Shown piece by piece: positions 1 to 9,603 of a stretch of 64,000 nucleotides of DNA. Numbering within the stretch: position 1 is the stretch's first letter; each line of letters starts with the position of its first letter. The notes beneath the pieces are model-generated. The model was not told the DNA's origin. It made no database searches and saw only the letters and a list, made by a program, of their open reading frames with translations. The position numbers were made by a program, and so were the translations under genes. This DNA comes from an uncultured Actinomycetes bacterium (GTDB taxonomy: Bacteria; SZUA-79; Acidulodesulfobacterales; Acidulodesulfobacteraceae), in assembly GCA_964631685.1 (NCBI GenBank), contig CAZVZU010000006.1:32001-96000 (forward strand), read 5' to 3'.

Positions 1-1106
1 ACGGATTTAATATTTAAATTTGGAACATTCAATGATGCAACAAGAACAGGGAACGCATCAATATCTCTAATCTTTAACATTGAAATCAAGAGCGAAGCCA
101 AAGACTTTGAGTCACCGTAACCATTGGACAATGTAAAAGAAACGACTTGTGGTTTATAGCCATTTATACCGTAGCCTATTCCGACATACCTAAACGATTT
201 AATAAAATCGTCGTAGATTGAGATCGCCGTTTTCTTTTGAAACTTATTTTTAATATCACCCGTACTTTTTTTAACGAACGTATTTATTCGTTTATCAATT
301 TTGCCGGATTTTATAAACAGTTCACTTATATTGTTTAGCAATTTATCCCATGACATGTAAGTTGAAAAGGATATATACTTCTCATAATTTTTAGGTGAAA
401 GACTAAGGGGTTCACTTTTTATAGCCGGAATATTCTTGATACGCAAATAAACCTTAATGTATTTTTTGTGTCTTATGCTTACAACACTTTTTACAACTTG
501 AGATTTATAGCTTATGTTATGCAGATATAAATTAACATTTAAACTAGCAGGGTAAATTAGTGTAAAACTGGTATCCTTTACCGGAATAGTGTGCGTAAAA
601 ATGTCCGTATAAAATACCCCGTTTTTAATAAGTGGTTTAAAGTTATAAATTTCGTAAGCAAAATTGATAATAGAACCATCTTCCACCGCAGGCATAGATA
701 AAGTCAGATACTTCATACCTGAGTATATAGGATAGCTAATGGCAATACGCGAAGACACAATATTGACCGCATGTTTTCCCATGGGAATCTTAAATCTTCC
801 GTTAAGAATAGTATAAGCACTCAGCAACTTAACCTTTTGATATTTGGCGAAAAAAGGAACAACCACCTCGGAATATTCGTTAATCCCTCTTTGCGACAAT
901 ATCTTTATAGATTCATGGACATATATCCTAAGCCGATAATTTTTATTTAATTTAAGGATGATATTTTTCTTGAGCAATTCGGCGGCAAATTTTTTATCAT
1001 GGCCAGTTGTATTTAGAGCAAGGGACTGAATCGGGTTCATGAAAACCAAAACCGCAATAATCATAACAAAATAAGCAATGAAAAGTGGTAACCTCATTTT
1101 TATCAT
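1..1106 (-). CDS. Exported DUF3857 + transglutaminase-like domain protein (partial, runs off the left edge)
   Basis: Absent from the ORF track; translated by hand from ATG 1106 (or 1097), N- and C-terminal parts read and found in one frame. Signal peptide MIKMRLPLFIAYFVMIIAVLVFMNPIQSLA, DUF3857-like SMPAVEDGSIINFAYE, and transglutaminase-like RYVGIGYGINGYKP...GYGDSKSLASLLISMLKIRDIDAFPVLV. Confidence 0.75.
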   Translation of the reverse strand, partial: MIKMRLPLFIAYFVMIIAVLVFMNPIQSLALNTTGHDKKFAAELLKKNIILKLNKNYRLRIYVHESIKILSQRGINEYSEVVVPFFAKYQKVKLLSAYTILNGRFKIPMGKHAVNIVSSRIAISYPIYSGMKYLTLSMPAVEDGSIINFAYEIYNFKPLIKNGVFYTDIFTHTIPVKDTSFTLIYPASLNVNLYLHNISYKSQVVKSVVSIRHKKYIKVYLRIKNIPAIKSEPLSLSPKNYEKYISFSTYMSWDKLLNNISELFIKSGKIDKRINTFVKKSTGDIKNKFQKKTAISIYDDFIKSFRYVGIGYGINGYKPQVVSFTLSNGYGDSKSLASLLISMLKIRDIDAFPVLVASLNVPNLNIKS

Positions 1107-1145
1107 TAATGCATTCCCTTGTGTTAAAAATTTATCATTCATAGT

Positions 1146-2231
1146 CTAATTTAGTTTGCATACATTGAATATAGAACATTTTTCACAGCTCTCTTCATTT
1201 TTGGTTTTAGGACAGAGATTAAGGATTCCTAATCTTGTAATGGCAAAATCATACTTTATCGGGTCAAAATGATCAAGTTTTTTAAGATTATTGGTGATCT
1301 CTTCCGCCATTCTAAATGAAGGGTTCTTACGCTTTGTTAATCCAATATATTGACTAATTCGACCTATGTGTGTATCAACAGGCATTATTAACTGGTATGG
1401 TTGAATATCCGGCCATATGCCAAAATCAAGATTATCAGAGTTCCTTATCATCCATCTTAGATATAAATTCATTCTCTTACACGGGCTGTTATTGAACGGA
1501 GATGTAAAAAAGAAATGAGCTTTTGAATCTTTTGGCACAACAAGACCGTTGTACACATGGGAGAAATCAGCAAGCTTAATAGCCCTTTCGGAAAAGCTTA
1601 TTATAGCATTTTTTAGATTTAAATCAGATGGATTGTAGCCCTCCATGAAAAACTTCTCTATCGAACCATATTTTTTTAACATCTCGCTCAAAATAGAAAA
1701 AAGGATAATAATGTCTTGTTCTTTGATGAATCTATAGTAAAAACCTTTGAATAATTTTGAACATTCGGCTATATCAAAATTAAGTGCAAATTCATAAAAT
1801 TCATGGTTAACAATCTTGTCAATTTTATTGATAACTTTGAGAATTTGACTTACGCTACCGAATGCAAATCCTGCAGCTATAAAACCGGCAACCTCAATAT
1901 CCTTAGGATCGTCAAATTTATGGACAAAACCCAGCGGATCAGAATAAAGATATGATTCCTCAAATTTTTCATACAACGGTTCAAGACATTCTTTTAATTT
2001 TTTTTCCTGATTTTGCGGAACCACGCATTTGACGGTGCGATTTTTATAAACAAAAGTTCTACCATTAGGCAATGACCAGCAATCGCCCTCCTCGAGCGGA
2101 TAAGGGACATCCTTTCCTCTTCCGATAAAGACCTCTTTTCCGTCAATTATCGTAAAAAAATTAAAATCATTATCTTCCCAGATCAATGACCCGCCCGAAG
2201 ACTCACCGCTTACATTATTATTAGTATTCAC
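1146..2231 (-). CDS. TIGR02757/DUF2400 family protein with N-terminal extension and C-terminal Cys4 motif
   Basis: Motifs DPLGFVHKF..DIEVAGFIAAGFAFG, SPCKRMNLYLRWMIR, PVDTHIGR, DPIKYDFA; C-terminal C-x8-C-x2-C-x5-C; GTG start. Confidence 0.85.
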   Translation of the reverse strand: MNTNNNVSGESSGGSLIWEDNDFNFFTIIDGKEVFIGRGKDVPYPLEEGDCWSLPNGRTFVYKNRTVKCVVPQNQEKKLKECLEPLYEKFEESYLYSDPLGFVHKFDDPKDIEVAGFIAAGFAFGSVSQILKVINKIDKIVNHEFYEFALNFDIAECSKLFKGFYYRFIKEQDIIILFSILSEMLKKYGSIEKFFMEGYNPSDLNLKNAIISFSERAIKLADFSHVYNGLVVPKDSKAHFFFTSPFNNSPCKRMNLYLRWMIRNSDNLDFGIWPDIQPYQLIMPVDTHIGRISQYIGLTKRKNPSFRMAEEITNNLKKLDHFDPIKYDFAITRLGILNLCPKTKNEESCEKCSIFNVCKLN

Positions 2232-2287
2232 AAGTATTATCTCTCTAACTATCTGTAATGAAAATAAAAAATTCCCAATTTGGCCTG

Positions 2288-3532
2288 CTATTTATGTAAT
2301 GATGCGTTTTCGGTTATTTTATGAGCAAAATCTATTCCAAATTTCTCACAATTCAATAGATCTTCCTCAAAAGGCGTCATTTGAATCTTTAAACCATTTT
2401 GCACAATGACAAACCTAAGACTTTTAAGGATATCCTGTACCATTTGGACAGCCTCACCGCTCCAGCCGTAGCAACCGAAAACGGCAGCCTTTTTATTTTT
2501 AACATTCAGCGTAACTAGAGACGATATCATATCAAATATAGGCTGCGGCGGTTTTGCGTTAAGGGTTGGCGAACCCACAATAACGGCATCCGAATCTTCT
2601 ATAATGTCAACGACGTTTTGAGCGTCGGCACTAATCAAATTTACCAATTTAACATCCGTTAGTCCGTCTATAGCGGCGCCTTTTGCGATACGCTCTGCCA
2701 TTTTTTCGGTATTACCGTAGGCCGACGCATAAATGACAGCTATCTTCTTTACCGTTTCATTTGCATTTACAGTTTGGCTTGCCTGCCTATACCAATCGAT
2801 ATATTTATTTAGGTCTTTTCTTAAAATAGGGCCGTGTGATGGCGCAATTATGTCTATATCGTAATTTTTCAGTTTATCTAACGCGCTTAGCGCGTAATTT
2901 TTAAACGGCCTCATTATGCAAGCAAAATAAAATTTAAACGCTTCGAAAGCCTCATCCTTATCCCCAAGCAGATCGTTAAAGATATTTATATCACAATAGT
3001 GCGTTCCTAAAAAATCGCATGGAAAAAGGATTTTATCCTCCTTTAGATATGTAAACATAGTATCCGGCCAATGCAAAAACGGCGCACCTACAAACTGAAG
3101 CGTTTTACCGCCCAGATCAATTGAATCGCCATCACCAACTATAATATTATTGTAATCTTTCTTAATGATGTGTTTGACAAAATGTTGGGCATTTTTTGAA
3201 TAAACCAATGTCGCATCTTTCGCTATGTCCTTTATCAAAGAAAGTGCACCGGAATGGTCTGGCTCGGTATGATTCAGTATTATGTAATCAATTTTAGATA
3301 TATCGGTCAATCCGCTTAACTTGTTTATTAATTGATCCTTAGTGTTTAGTTTAACCGTGTCTATGAGCGCAGATTTGCGACTTCCCTGAATAAAATAAGA
3401 ATTATATGTAGTTCCATTATTCGTAGGGACCACTATATCAAACACTCTCAAATCCGGGTCTAACGCGCCAGTGTAAAACACGCCGTCCTTTATGGCAACG
3501 GCTTTTTGGGATGCAATACTGTTATCATCCAT
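2288..3532 (-). CDS. fprA: Flavodiiron protein (FprA/A-type flavoprotein; O2/NO reductase)
   Basis: GTTYNSY, NHTEPDHSG, LHWPDTMFTY, IIAPSHG diiron motifs; flavodoxin domain YASAYGNT...GSPT...FGCYGWSGEA. Confidence 0.93.
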   Translation of the reverse strand: MDDNSIASQKAVAIKDGVFYTGALDPDLRVFDIVVPTNNGTTYNSYFIQGSRKSALIDTVKLNTKDQLINKLSGLTDISKIDYIILNHTEPDHSGALSLIKDIAKDATLVYSKNAQHFVKHIIKKDYNNIIVGDGDSIDLGGKTLQFVGAPFLHWPDTMFTYLKEDKILFPCDFLGTHYCDINIFNDLLGDKDEAFEAFKFYFACIMRPFKNYALSALDKLKNYDIDIIAPSHGPILRKDLNKYIDWYRQASQTVNANETVKKIAVIYASAYGNTEKMAERIAKGAAIDGLTDVKLVNLISADAQNVVDIIEDSDAVIVGSPTLNAKPPQPIFDMISSLVTLNVKNKKAAVFGCYGWSGEAVQMVQDILKSLRFVIVQNGLKIQMTPFEEDLLNCEKFGIDFAHKITENASLHK

Positions 3533-3616
3533 ATGTTCAAACCTCCTTGCTTAGTTCCAGGCCGACACACTCAAAGTGCGACTATAATCCGTAAGTGCAT
3601 AGCCTATTTAATTAAT

Positions 3617-3645
3617 TTCACCTTTATCATTATATCATATATAAT
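3617..3645 (+). promoter_or_regulatory. Candidate sigma70 promoter for hemW
   Basis: TTCACC-N17-TATAAT in the AT-rich divergent intergenic region; a chance match is possible. Confidence 0.4.
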
Positions 3646-3679
3646 AATTTATTATAACTATAAGCATAAGGACATAGGC

Positions 3680-4858
3680 ATGCAGCCGAAAGAAACATGT
3701 ATCTATATTCATATCCCTTTTTGTAAAAGCAAATGCTACTACTGCAGTTTTTATTCTATCCCGACGTTAAAATTAAACGATAACATCTTTAAAGATTATA
3801 CAGATCTGCTAACACAAGAGATAGAAATAATAACTAAAAGATTTGCTCTTTCGGCATCGCATGTAGACAGTATATACTTCGGAGGGGGCACCCCCTCCAT
3901 TATGCCTATTCAATTCTTTAAAAACTTATTGGAAGCCATTAATAACAACTTCTGCATAACAAAAAATACAGAGATTACCGCGGAAATAAATCCCGAAAGT
4001 GGAAGTATGAATAAATTATCAGAATTAAAACAGATTGGCATAAATCGTCTATCCATAGGAGCGCAGAGCTTTAATGACAAAATATTAAAAACTGCAGGAA
4101 GAATCCATAACAAAAAAGATATTTTTACCGCAGTAAATAATGCAAAAAAAGTGGGTTTTAGCAATATATCCCTTGATCTAATAATCGGGCTTCCAGGACA
4201 GACAGAAGCCATTTTTTGTGACGATGTAAAACAAATGCTAACTATGGAACCAAAACATATCTCCGCCTACATGCTTAGCATTGAAAAAGAAACAAAATTT
4301 TACAAAGCTCGTAACGAAAAAAATAGAACGGTATTCATATCGGAAGAAAAAATAGCCACACACTATGAAAAATTATGCAAGTTATTAGATGAAAACAATT
4401 ATATCCATTATGAAATATCTAATTTTTCAAAAAACGGATATGAAAGCAAACATAATTTAAACTACTGGCACAGAGGCGAATATATCGGCATTGGGCCGTC
4501 CGCCGCCTCTTTTTTAAAGCTTAAAAATATGAGAGAAATAAGGAAGACTAATCCGCCCGATTTAGACGCATATAGAATTAATGTCTTGAATGAATCTATT
4601 GGCAGTAATAGTACAGAAATCCTAACTGAAAAAGAAAAAATCAATGAAGAAATATTTTTGTCATTAAGAACAAGAGGCGGAATAAAACTAAATAGGCTTT
4701 TAGAGTTTGTCGAACCTAATATTATAGAAAATCTTATAAAGGCGGGACTTATGTACATGCAAGACATAAAACATACACGCAGGCTAAATAAAAATATTGC
4801 ATTAACCGTAAAAGGTATGCTTTTATCATCGGAAATATTTGCCCGCATCATGCTTTGA
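3680..4858 (+). CDS. hemW: Radical SAM heme chaperone HemW (HemN-like)
   Basis: YIHIPFCKSKCYYC (CxxxCxxC), YFGGGTPS, HYEISNF, HNLNYW HemW signature; start moved to ATG 3680 after AAGGA, avoiding overlap with fprA. Confidence 0.9.
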   Translation: MQPKETCIYIHIPFCKSKCYYCSFYSIPTLKLNDNIFKDYTDLLTQEIEIITKRFALSASHVDSIYFGGGTPSIMPIQFFKNLLEAINNNFCITKNTEITAEINPESGSMNKLSELKQIGINRLSIGAQSFNDKILKTAGRIHNKKDIFTAVNNAKKVGFSNISLDLIIGLPGQTEAIFCDDVKQMLTMEPKHISAYMLSIEKETKFYKARNEKNRTVFISEEKIATHYEKLCKLLDENNYIHYEISNFSKNGYESKHNLNYWHRGEYIGIGPSAASFLKLKNMREIRKTNPPDLDAYRINVLNESIGSNSTEILTEKEKINEEIFLSLRTRGGIKLNRLLEFVEPNIIENLIKAGLMYMQDIKHTRRLNKNIALTVKGMLLSSEIFARIML

Positions 4859-4868
4859 TACTTTTATA

Positions 4869-4897
4869 TTGCAATATTGTCCGCTAATATCTATAAT
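4869..4897 (+). promoter_or_regulatory. Sigma70 promoter for tRNA-Ser
   Basis: TTGCAA-N17-TATAAT about 25 nt upstream of the tRNA. Confidence 0.7.
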
Positions 4898-4921
4898 TGT
4901 ATACGCTACAAGATTATATGC

Positions 4922-5010
<89 letters not shown>

Positions 5011-5350
5011 GACGTATGACATAGAACCTTGGAGTTATCAAGTCCTATGCCGAACTTTTATTTGGCAAAATAGCATTAAAGGTTTCCGGGTTATTGAACC
5101 CATTTTGAAATATTGAGGTGCACACTGTTTTGCTTCATATGTACCTTTCTATCAAATAGATTAGATGTTTTCTTGCTCTGTCAGCATAACAATTATTCAG
5201 GACTATCATTTCTTGAGCATCACCAAAGGCTTTTTAAAAAACAGAATTTGAAAAAGATATTTTGGTAAGATTAGATCTATGTTATCATATATGCGATTAG
5301 AAACAATATTATACGTATTTTAAAGCTATTGAATAACAAGAAACAAACCT

Positions 5351-6208
5351 ATGCAAAAGCCTTACTACAAAAAAACTAATTTTACCCTATATCAGGCAAA
5401 TACATTGGATTTTCTAGAAGAAATTCCGGAAAGCTCTATTGACATGATCTTCGCGGATCCTCCATATTTTCTGTCTAGCGGATCGTTTAGTTGCCAAAAC
5501 GGAAAGATGGTTAGCGTTAAGAAGGGGGATTGGGATTTAAGTAACGGAACCAAAAATAACTTTGAGTTTCATAGCGAATGGATAGAGAAAAGCCGGCGGA
5601 TTTTAAAGCCGAACGGCACAATTTGGATAAGCGGGACTTATCACTCAATTTATCAATGCGGATTTGCATTGGAGCTAAACAAATTTCATTTTTTAAATGA
5701 TATTGTCTGGTTTAAACCAAATGCATCACCAAATTTGAGTTGCCGTTTTTTTACCGCTAGTCACGAAACCTTAATCTGGGCTAGAAAAGAAAAAAAGGAG
5801 AAACATACCTTTAATTATAAAGCTATGGTTGATTGGGATAATAACTACCAAAAAGGAATAAAATGCAACCATTGCGGCACAAAAGACCTATATGAAATTT
5901 TTCATGAAAAGGGAAAACAAATGCGAAGCGTTTGGGCAATCAACACACCTCAAAAAACAGAAAAGGCCTTCGGCAAACATCCGACTCAAAAATCAGCAGA
6001 ATTATTAAAAAGAATTGTTTTAGCAAGCACGAATAAAGGCGATGTCATCCTTGATCCGTTTACAGGAAGCTCAACAACGGGTTTAGCAGCATATTTGTTC
6101 GGACGCAGATTTATCGGGATAGATAATGAAAAAAAATATCTAGACTTATCAATAAAACGATTTGAAGAGCTAGCCAGGGATATGAAAAGTAAATCTGCCG
6201 CAAAATAA
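5351..6208 (+). CDS. Beta-class N6-adenine DNA methyltransferase, DpnA (M.DpnIIB/MboIB)-like
   Basis: DMIFADPPYFLS..VSVKKGDWD, PNLSCRFFTASHET, HPTQK, LDPFTGSSTTG. Confidence 0.9.
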   Translation: MQKPYYKKTNFTLYQANTLDFLEEIPESSIDMIFADPPYFLSSGSFSCQNGKMVSVKKGDWDLSNGTKNNFEFHSEWIEKSRRILKPNGTIWISGTYHSIYQCGFALELNKFHFLNDIVWFKPNASPNLSCRFFTASHETLIWARKEKKEKHTFNYKAMVDWDNNYQKGIKCNHCGTKDLYEIFHEKGKQMRSVWAINTPQKTEKAFGKHPTQKSAELLKRIVLASTNKGDVILDPFTGSSTTGLAAYLFGRRFIGIDNEKKYLDLSIKRFEELARDMKSKSAAK

Positions 6209-6210
6209 TA

Positions 6211-7152
6211 ATGAAAAATTTAGAATTTTATAGAACGGCATTAAACTGCGACACAAAAGAACAAATTTTTGATTTTATTATCTCTAATCTAAAACCAAGT
6301 AATACGATTTGGTCCTATTTTGCAAATTGGAAAAAAGTTTTTACCAACACAAAACAGATTGAACCTGCATTGAATAGTCTTAATTATTTAATTGGCAAGG
6401 ATAATTTTGACGATGCTTTTAGGGATTTACTCAAGAAGAATCCAAGTATTGCAAGGGTTATTCCTGCTTTGGTTGTCAGGGGCGGAAAGAATACTAAAAA
6501 GTTCAATATCCTTATTGATTATCAAAATAAGAAGCTTACTTATGAAGATTACGACTTTTCTAAAAAAAATATATCTACTGACGATATAGAAAGATATTTG
6601 AGATTCACAAAGGAAACAGGGCTAAAGGCCTTGCTCACTGGTAAGAAGATCACGAACCTTGTTGATTATATGATCGGGGTTGAGGCCGGACTTGATAGTA
6701 ACGCCCGAAAAAATCGCGGCGGTCATGTAATGGAAGATATCGTAGGGATATTTATCAAAGACATTTGTGATAAACAGCATTTTAGCTATTTGAAAGAGGC
6801 TAATGCCAATAAAATAAAGTCAACATTAGGATATAACGTACCTGTTGATAAATCATCGCGCAGATATGATTTCGTAATTGACAATGGTAAGGAATTATTT
6901 ATTATAGAAACAAATTTTTATAGCGTAAACGGTTCAAAACTAAAGTCAACCGCAGCGGAGTATCGAAGTTTATTCAATGTACTGAACGGCAAATTTAAGT
7001 TCTTTTGGATCACGGACGGTAACGGCTGGAAAGATGCGTCAAGACCGCTGCAAGAAACCTTCGAACATAACGATTATCTTTTCAACCTAACAATGCTTGA
7101 AAAGGGTATTTTAGAATATTTATTAAAACGTAACGCAGCCCTTTTATTTTAG
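6211..7152 (+). CDS. Type II restriction endonuclease, DpnII/MboI family (probably GATC)
   Basis: LVDYMIGVEAGLDSNARKNRGG, RRYDFVI..IETNFY..GSKL, FFWITDGNGW; starts 2 nt after the methyltransferase. Confidence 0.88.
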   Translation: MKNLEFYRTALNCDTKEQIFDFIISNLKPSNTIWSYFANWKKVFTNTKQIEPALNSLNYLIGKDNFDDAFRDLLKKNPSIARVIPALVVRGGKNTKKFNILIDYQNKKLTYEDYDFSKKNISTDDIERYLRFTKETGLKALLTGKKITNLVDYMIGVEAGLDSNARKNRGGHVMEDIVGIFIKDICDKQHFSYLKEANANKIKSTLGYNVPVDKSSRRYDFVIDNGKELFIIETNFYSVNGSKLKSTAAEYRSLFNVLNGKFKFFWITDGNGWKDASRPLQETFEHNDYLFNLTMLEKGILEYLLKRNAALLF

Positions 7153-7168
7153 AGGGATATAGATTAAA

Positions 7169-8017
7169 TCAGCTTATGTCCTTTTTTGCGAAGATAAAAG
7201 CTGATACAGTAAATATCAGAGCTGTATAACACAGAGCATAAACAACCCTATATAATATGCTATTCGCTAAAATAGGTATTTTATACGCAGCTTCCGAGCT
7301 TATGTTAAATATAGAAAAGTTAGGCAAAACGGTATAGATAAAATGAACTATGCCCTTTAGCGCCTGATTGGCCTGATGAACAATGATTATCTTCCCGTCT
7401 ACAACCCTTTTATCCGGCATTACAAGGTCATTCATCTTACTTGAGATATTGCCGATAAAAAAGATAAGTATGGTAAATATCGAGGCCAACGATTTAGATG
7501 TTATAAGGGAAAAAAACAAAGCTATAACCGATATAAATACAGATGCCATTATGATAAAGAGCGCCTGGATTATTAACGGCTGCGGCAAAGAGTACATAGC
7601 GGAAAATTTAACGGGCACAACATATTCATGCATAATTAAAAGAACAAAATAAAAAATCAGCATCATTGTGATGGTAGAAAATACAATTGCCGCCGTGAGC
7701 CCCAAAAAACGCCCTATTAAGTAGTGTGTCCTTTTCAATGGTCTCGCAATAGTCAAAAAAATACTCTTCTTTTCTATATCATCATACACAACGGAAGAAC
7801 CTATGAATATACCTATGAATATATTAAAGATGGTTATGGCAAAAATAGAAAAGTCTACCATAATTCTGCCCTGACCTATAAAACTAGTCTGGGAAACAAA
7901 ATAGCTTCCGGAAACAAGTATCAAGGCAAAGATTAGAAAGGCATAAAAAATCTTGGAATTTTTTATCTCTTTGAATGAATACATTGCCCCATATAAAATT
8001 TTTTTCATAAAAGACAC
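7169..8017 (-). CDS. ABC-2 type permease, PilI-like
   Basis: Multiple TM segments; DIEKKSIFLTIARPLKRTHYLIGRFLG motif; ends FAKKDIS. ATG 8008 is an alternative start. Confidence 0.8.
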   Translation of the reverse strand: MSFMKKILYGAMYSFKEIKNSKIFYAFLIFALILVSGSYFVSQTSFIGQGRIMVDFSIFAITIFNIFIGIFIGSSVVYDDIEKKSIFLTIARPLKRTHYLIGRFLGLTAAIVFSTITMMLIFYFVLLIMHEYVVPVKFSAMYSLPQPLIIQALFIIMASVFISVIALFFSLITSKSLASIFTILIFFIGNISSKMNDLVMPDKRVVDGKIIIVHQANQALKGIVHFIYTVLPNFSIFNISSEAAYKIPILANSILYRVVYALCYTALIFTVSAFIFAKKDIS

Positions 8018-8022
8018 TCTAT

Positions 8023-8796
8023 TTAATTTTTCTTATTTTTAAGTAGTAAATCGTAAAGATAGACCTCCAACGGTGTACTATATTCCGTTGTTGCATCACT
8101 TTTTGTTTCTGCATAATCCTCCGCCGCCATTTCAATCGATGTTATATCTTCATTTTTAATCAGCCTACCGTTCACCAAAACTGCAATTTTATCGCATAGC
8201 TCCTTGCTGTCTGCCAGCACATGGGATGAAAAAAATATGGTTTTTTTCCTTTCCCTTAATTTAAATATCACATCTTTAAATTCCTTTCTTCCGATAGGAT
8301 CAAGCCCCGATAACGGTTCGTCAAAAATTAAAACTTCAGGATCTCCAAGAATAGAAATAGCAAGGGCTAACCTCTGAGTCATCCCCTTTGAGTATTTATG
8401 TACATATCCATTTCTTGCGTAAAAAATACCTGCTAATTCAAGCGCTTCACTTATGGAACTTTTATTAATTTTTTGATTCAATAACTTAGAATAATAATTA
8501 ATAATTTCTATAGCCTTTAGCCCTCTCGGAAAACTTGGATTTTCAGGCAAATAACCCAACCCAAGGCGTGACCTATAATCCGTAGAATCATAACCGTTTA
8601 TCTTAATTCTACCGCTTGATGGATGAATTAGCCCGACAATCATCTTAATAGTTGTAGATTTCCCTGCTCCGTTAGGACCGAAAAACCCTGTAATCTTACC
8701 TTTCTCCACGGTAAAAGAAAGGTCTTCTACGACATTTTTTTTAATGCCGAGAAAACCGATTCTAAAATATTTTGTTATATTTTTTAATTCAATCAT
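8023..8796 (-). CDS. ABC transporter ATP-binding protein, PilH/XapD-like
   Basis: GPNGAGKST, GYLPENP, YSKGMTQR, DEPLSGLDPIGR, SSH. Confidence 0.88.
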   Translation of the reverse strand: MIELKNITKYFRIGFLGIKKNVVEDLSFTVEKGKITGFFGPNGAGKSTTIKMIVGLIHPSSGRIKINGYDSTDYRSRLGLGYLPENPSFPRGLKAIEIINYYSKLLNQKINKSSISEALELAGIFYARNGYVHKYSKGMTQRLALAISILGDPEVLIFDEPLSGLDPIGRKEFKDVIFKLRERKKTIFFSSHVLADSKELCDKIAVLVNGRLIKNEDITSIEMAAEDYAETKSDATTEYSTPLEVYLYDLLLKNKKN

Positions 8797-9548
8797 AAAT
8801 TTTTTTGTGGTAAAAATAATTTTAACGAGTGCGGTATTTTATATTCTTTATGTTCTTTTTGTAATAATATCTCTTTTCTGATCGCTTTTATTCGGCGCTT
8901 TATTGTCTGTCTTATATACGGATTTTTATTATTCTTATACATCTCAATAAGAAAATCAGATGCCTTTTTAAGACTTCCCGACTTATTAAGAAGTTTCATG
9001 TATAAAAATTCCAGATATTTTGGACTATTTTTCATTTTAATTGCATATTCAAGATAATATGCAGCCTTTTTAAAGTTATTAAGGCTGTAAAAATAATTAA
9101 ATGCTATCAAGAACGGTATATTCCAGTTTCCCTTAAGATGGCTCATTCCCATTTTTAATAATTTAATAGCCTTTTTTGGCTTTCCGGACATACCTAGAAG
9201 CGTTCCGCCGGCCTGATATGCATAGTTAAAATTAGGATTTAGAGAAACGATGATAAACGATATTTTATACATGTATGGATAACGCATTCTTGCAAGCCTA
9301 AAAGATGAAGTCTCCTGAACAAAGAGTATCCAATAGTAATCGGAAACAAGCGTATTAAAATTTAAATCTATAAATTTTAAAAATTCCGGCTTTATGGATG
9401 AGTATTTCAAAAAAGATACCAGCCTTAATTTCATATTATGATCAGATGAAGCTATGCGTTCGAAAGAAAACACAACAGCGTAAATCATAAGCGCAATAAA
9501 AACAGACACTACAAAGCCTTTTAATAACCTACGAACCTGCATTCTCAT
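8793..9548 (-). CDS. Membrane-anchored TPR-like protein, PilG/XapA-like
   Basis: N-terminal TM; SDYYWILFVQ, SLNPNFNYAYQAGG, WNIPFLIAFNYFY..KAAYY resemble deltaproteobacterial PilG-type proteins; directly upstream of the ABC ATPase and permease. Confidence 0.6.
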   Translation of the reverse strand: MRMQVRRLLKGFVVSVFIALMIYAVVFSFERIASSDHNMKLRLVSFLKYSSIKPEFLKFIDLNFNTLVSDYYWILFVQETSSFRLARMRYPYMYKISFIIVSLNPNFNYAYQAGGTLLGMSGKPKKAIKLLKMGMSHLKGNWNIPFLIAFNYFYSLNNFKKAAYYLEYAIKMKNSPKYLEFLYMKLLNKSGSLKKASDFLIEMYKNNKNPYIRQTIKRRIKAIRKEILLQKEHKEYKIPHSLKLFLPQKNL

Positions 9549-9603
9549 ATGTCTTTCATTTTATCGTAAACATTCAATAAGAGCAAGAAGGTTTATGCTC
9601 CAC

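Noticed and set aside
3506..3679. N-terminal extension of the hemW ORF
   Set aside because: Overlaps the fprA start and the divergent promoter region; homology begins at ATG 3680.
5011..5350. Possible IS or gene remnant, or att site, between tRNA-Ser and the methylase (a minus-strand fragment LIYLIERY*..TVCTS..NPETFNAIL faintly recalls IstB)
   Set aside because: Similarity too weak to support by eye; no duplicate of the tRNA 3' end seen after the R-M genes; needs tBLASTn.
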